A DNA stretch of 61,209 nt, the filler included, from Globobulimina sp. (lineage: Eukaryota), in NCBI GenBank assembly GCA_003354225.1. It is 12 parts of 12 records of this genome, joined end to end, with 100 filler letters (N's around TTAATTAATTAA, not from the genome) between each part and the next. Parts side by side here need not be neighbours in the genome. Positions count along the whole stretch, not along the records: positions 56,206 to 61,209 come from PIVH01000782.1; 11 more parts are not named here. One strand, 5' to 3'. A model generated the notes under the pieces. It did no database searches. It was not told the DNA's origin and was given only the letters and a program-made list of their open reading frames with translations. A program made the position numbers and the translations under genes. Positions 60,942 through 61,209 of this stretch are shown piece by piece; within the stretch, counting starts at the first letter, position 1, and each line of letters opens with the position of its first letter.

Positions 60942-61209
60942 ATGTGCAGTTCGTTAATCCTTGGTTCATTAAAAATTAGTTTAACAATATTTAACATACT
61001 ACATGTATTGGTAGGATTATGTGTGACAGCATTTGGTGGTTATTTGCAAATTGATTATGGAACATATGTCGTGAGTTATTTTAATTATTGATTGTATCAA
61101 AAGTACAATTACTGTTATCAATAATAAATTGTTTTTGATGCAATCAATCATTAATTGTCTAGATAACAATAGTTACATTAATCGTGGGCGTATTTATTAC
61201 AATTTTAGG
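60942..61209 (+). CDS. Tetraspanin-like protein, 3'-partial; intron 61071-61162
   Basis: MCSSLILGSLKISLTIFNILHVLVGLCVTAFGGYLQIDYGTYV|ITIVTLIVGVFITILG matches tetraspanin TM1 (KxxLxxFN) and TM2. Not in the ORF track. Confidence 0.75.

Overview
The window is not one locus. It is 12 unrelated contigs of about 5 kb (5016 down to 5004 bp, sorted by size) joined by 11 artificial 100-nt spacers (44 N + TTAATTAATTAA + 44 N), so adjacency across a spacer means nothing. The DNA is gene-dense, AT-rich and eukaryotic, with short GT-AG introns (mostly 50-110 nt) and the standard genetic code. The mix of expanded families (PT-repeat Cys-rich surface proteins, MATH-like, Kelch, SPRY, LRR, SAM) suggests a foraminiferan or related rhizarian; that assignment is inference. 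Recognisable genes include an MFSD1-like transporter, MED8, a thioredoxin fragment, a REJ/GPS polycystin-1-like protein, a methyltransferase, a TLC protein, a monoglyceride lipase-like hydrolase, an arylsulfatase, BRR2/SNRNP200, a Frag1/DRAM protein, a CZIB/DUF866 protein, a 3-beta-HSD/NSDHL-like enzyme, an axonemal dynein heavy chain, a CHD remodeler, EXD2, an EEP phosphoesterase and a tetraspanin. The two best leads are (1) a roughly 30-aa 'G[FY]xR...(P)x(D)I...[FY]' module that recurs in four to six unrelated proteins, including as an apparent insertion in EXD2, possibly a lineage-specific E3-ligase adaptor box, and (2) a single-pass mucin-stalk membrane protein ending in a cytoplasmic villin headpiece. 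Also notable are a 140-bp templated duplication that breaks the EEP gene, several disrupted genes, a CZIB homologue without its zinc ligands, and two candidate RNA structures. I found no rRNA, tRNA, CRISPR array or transposase.
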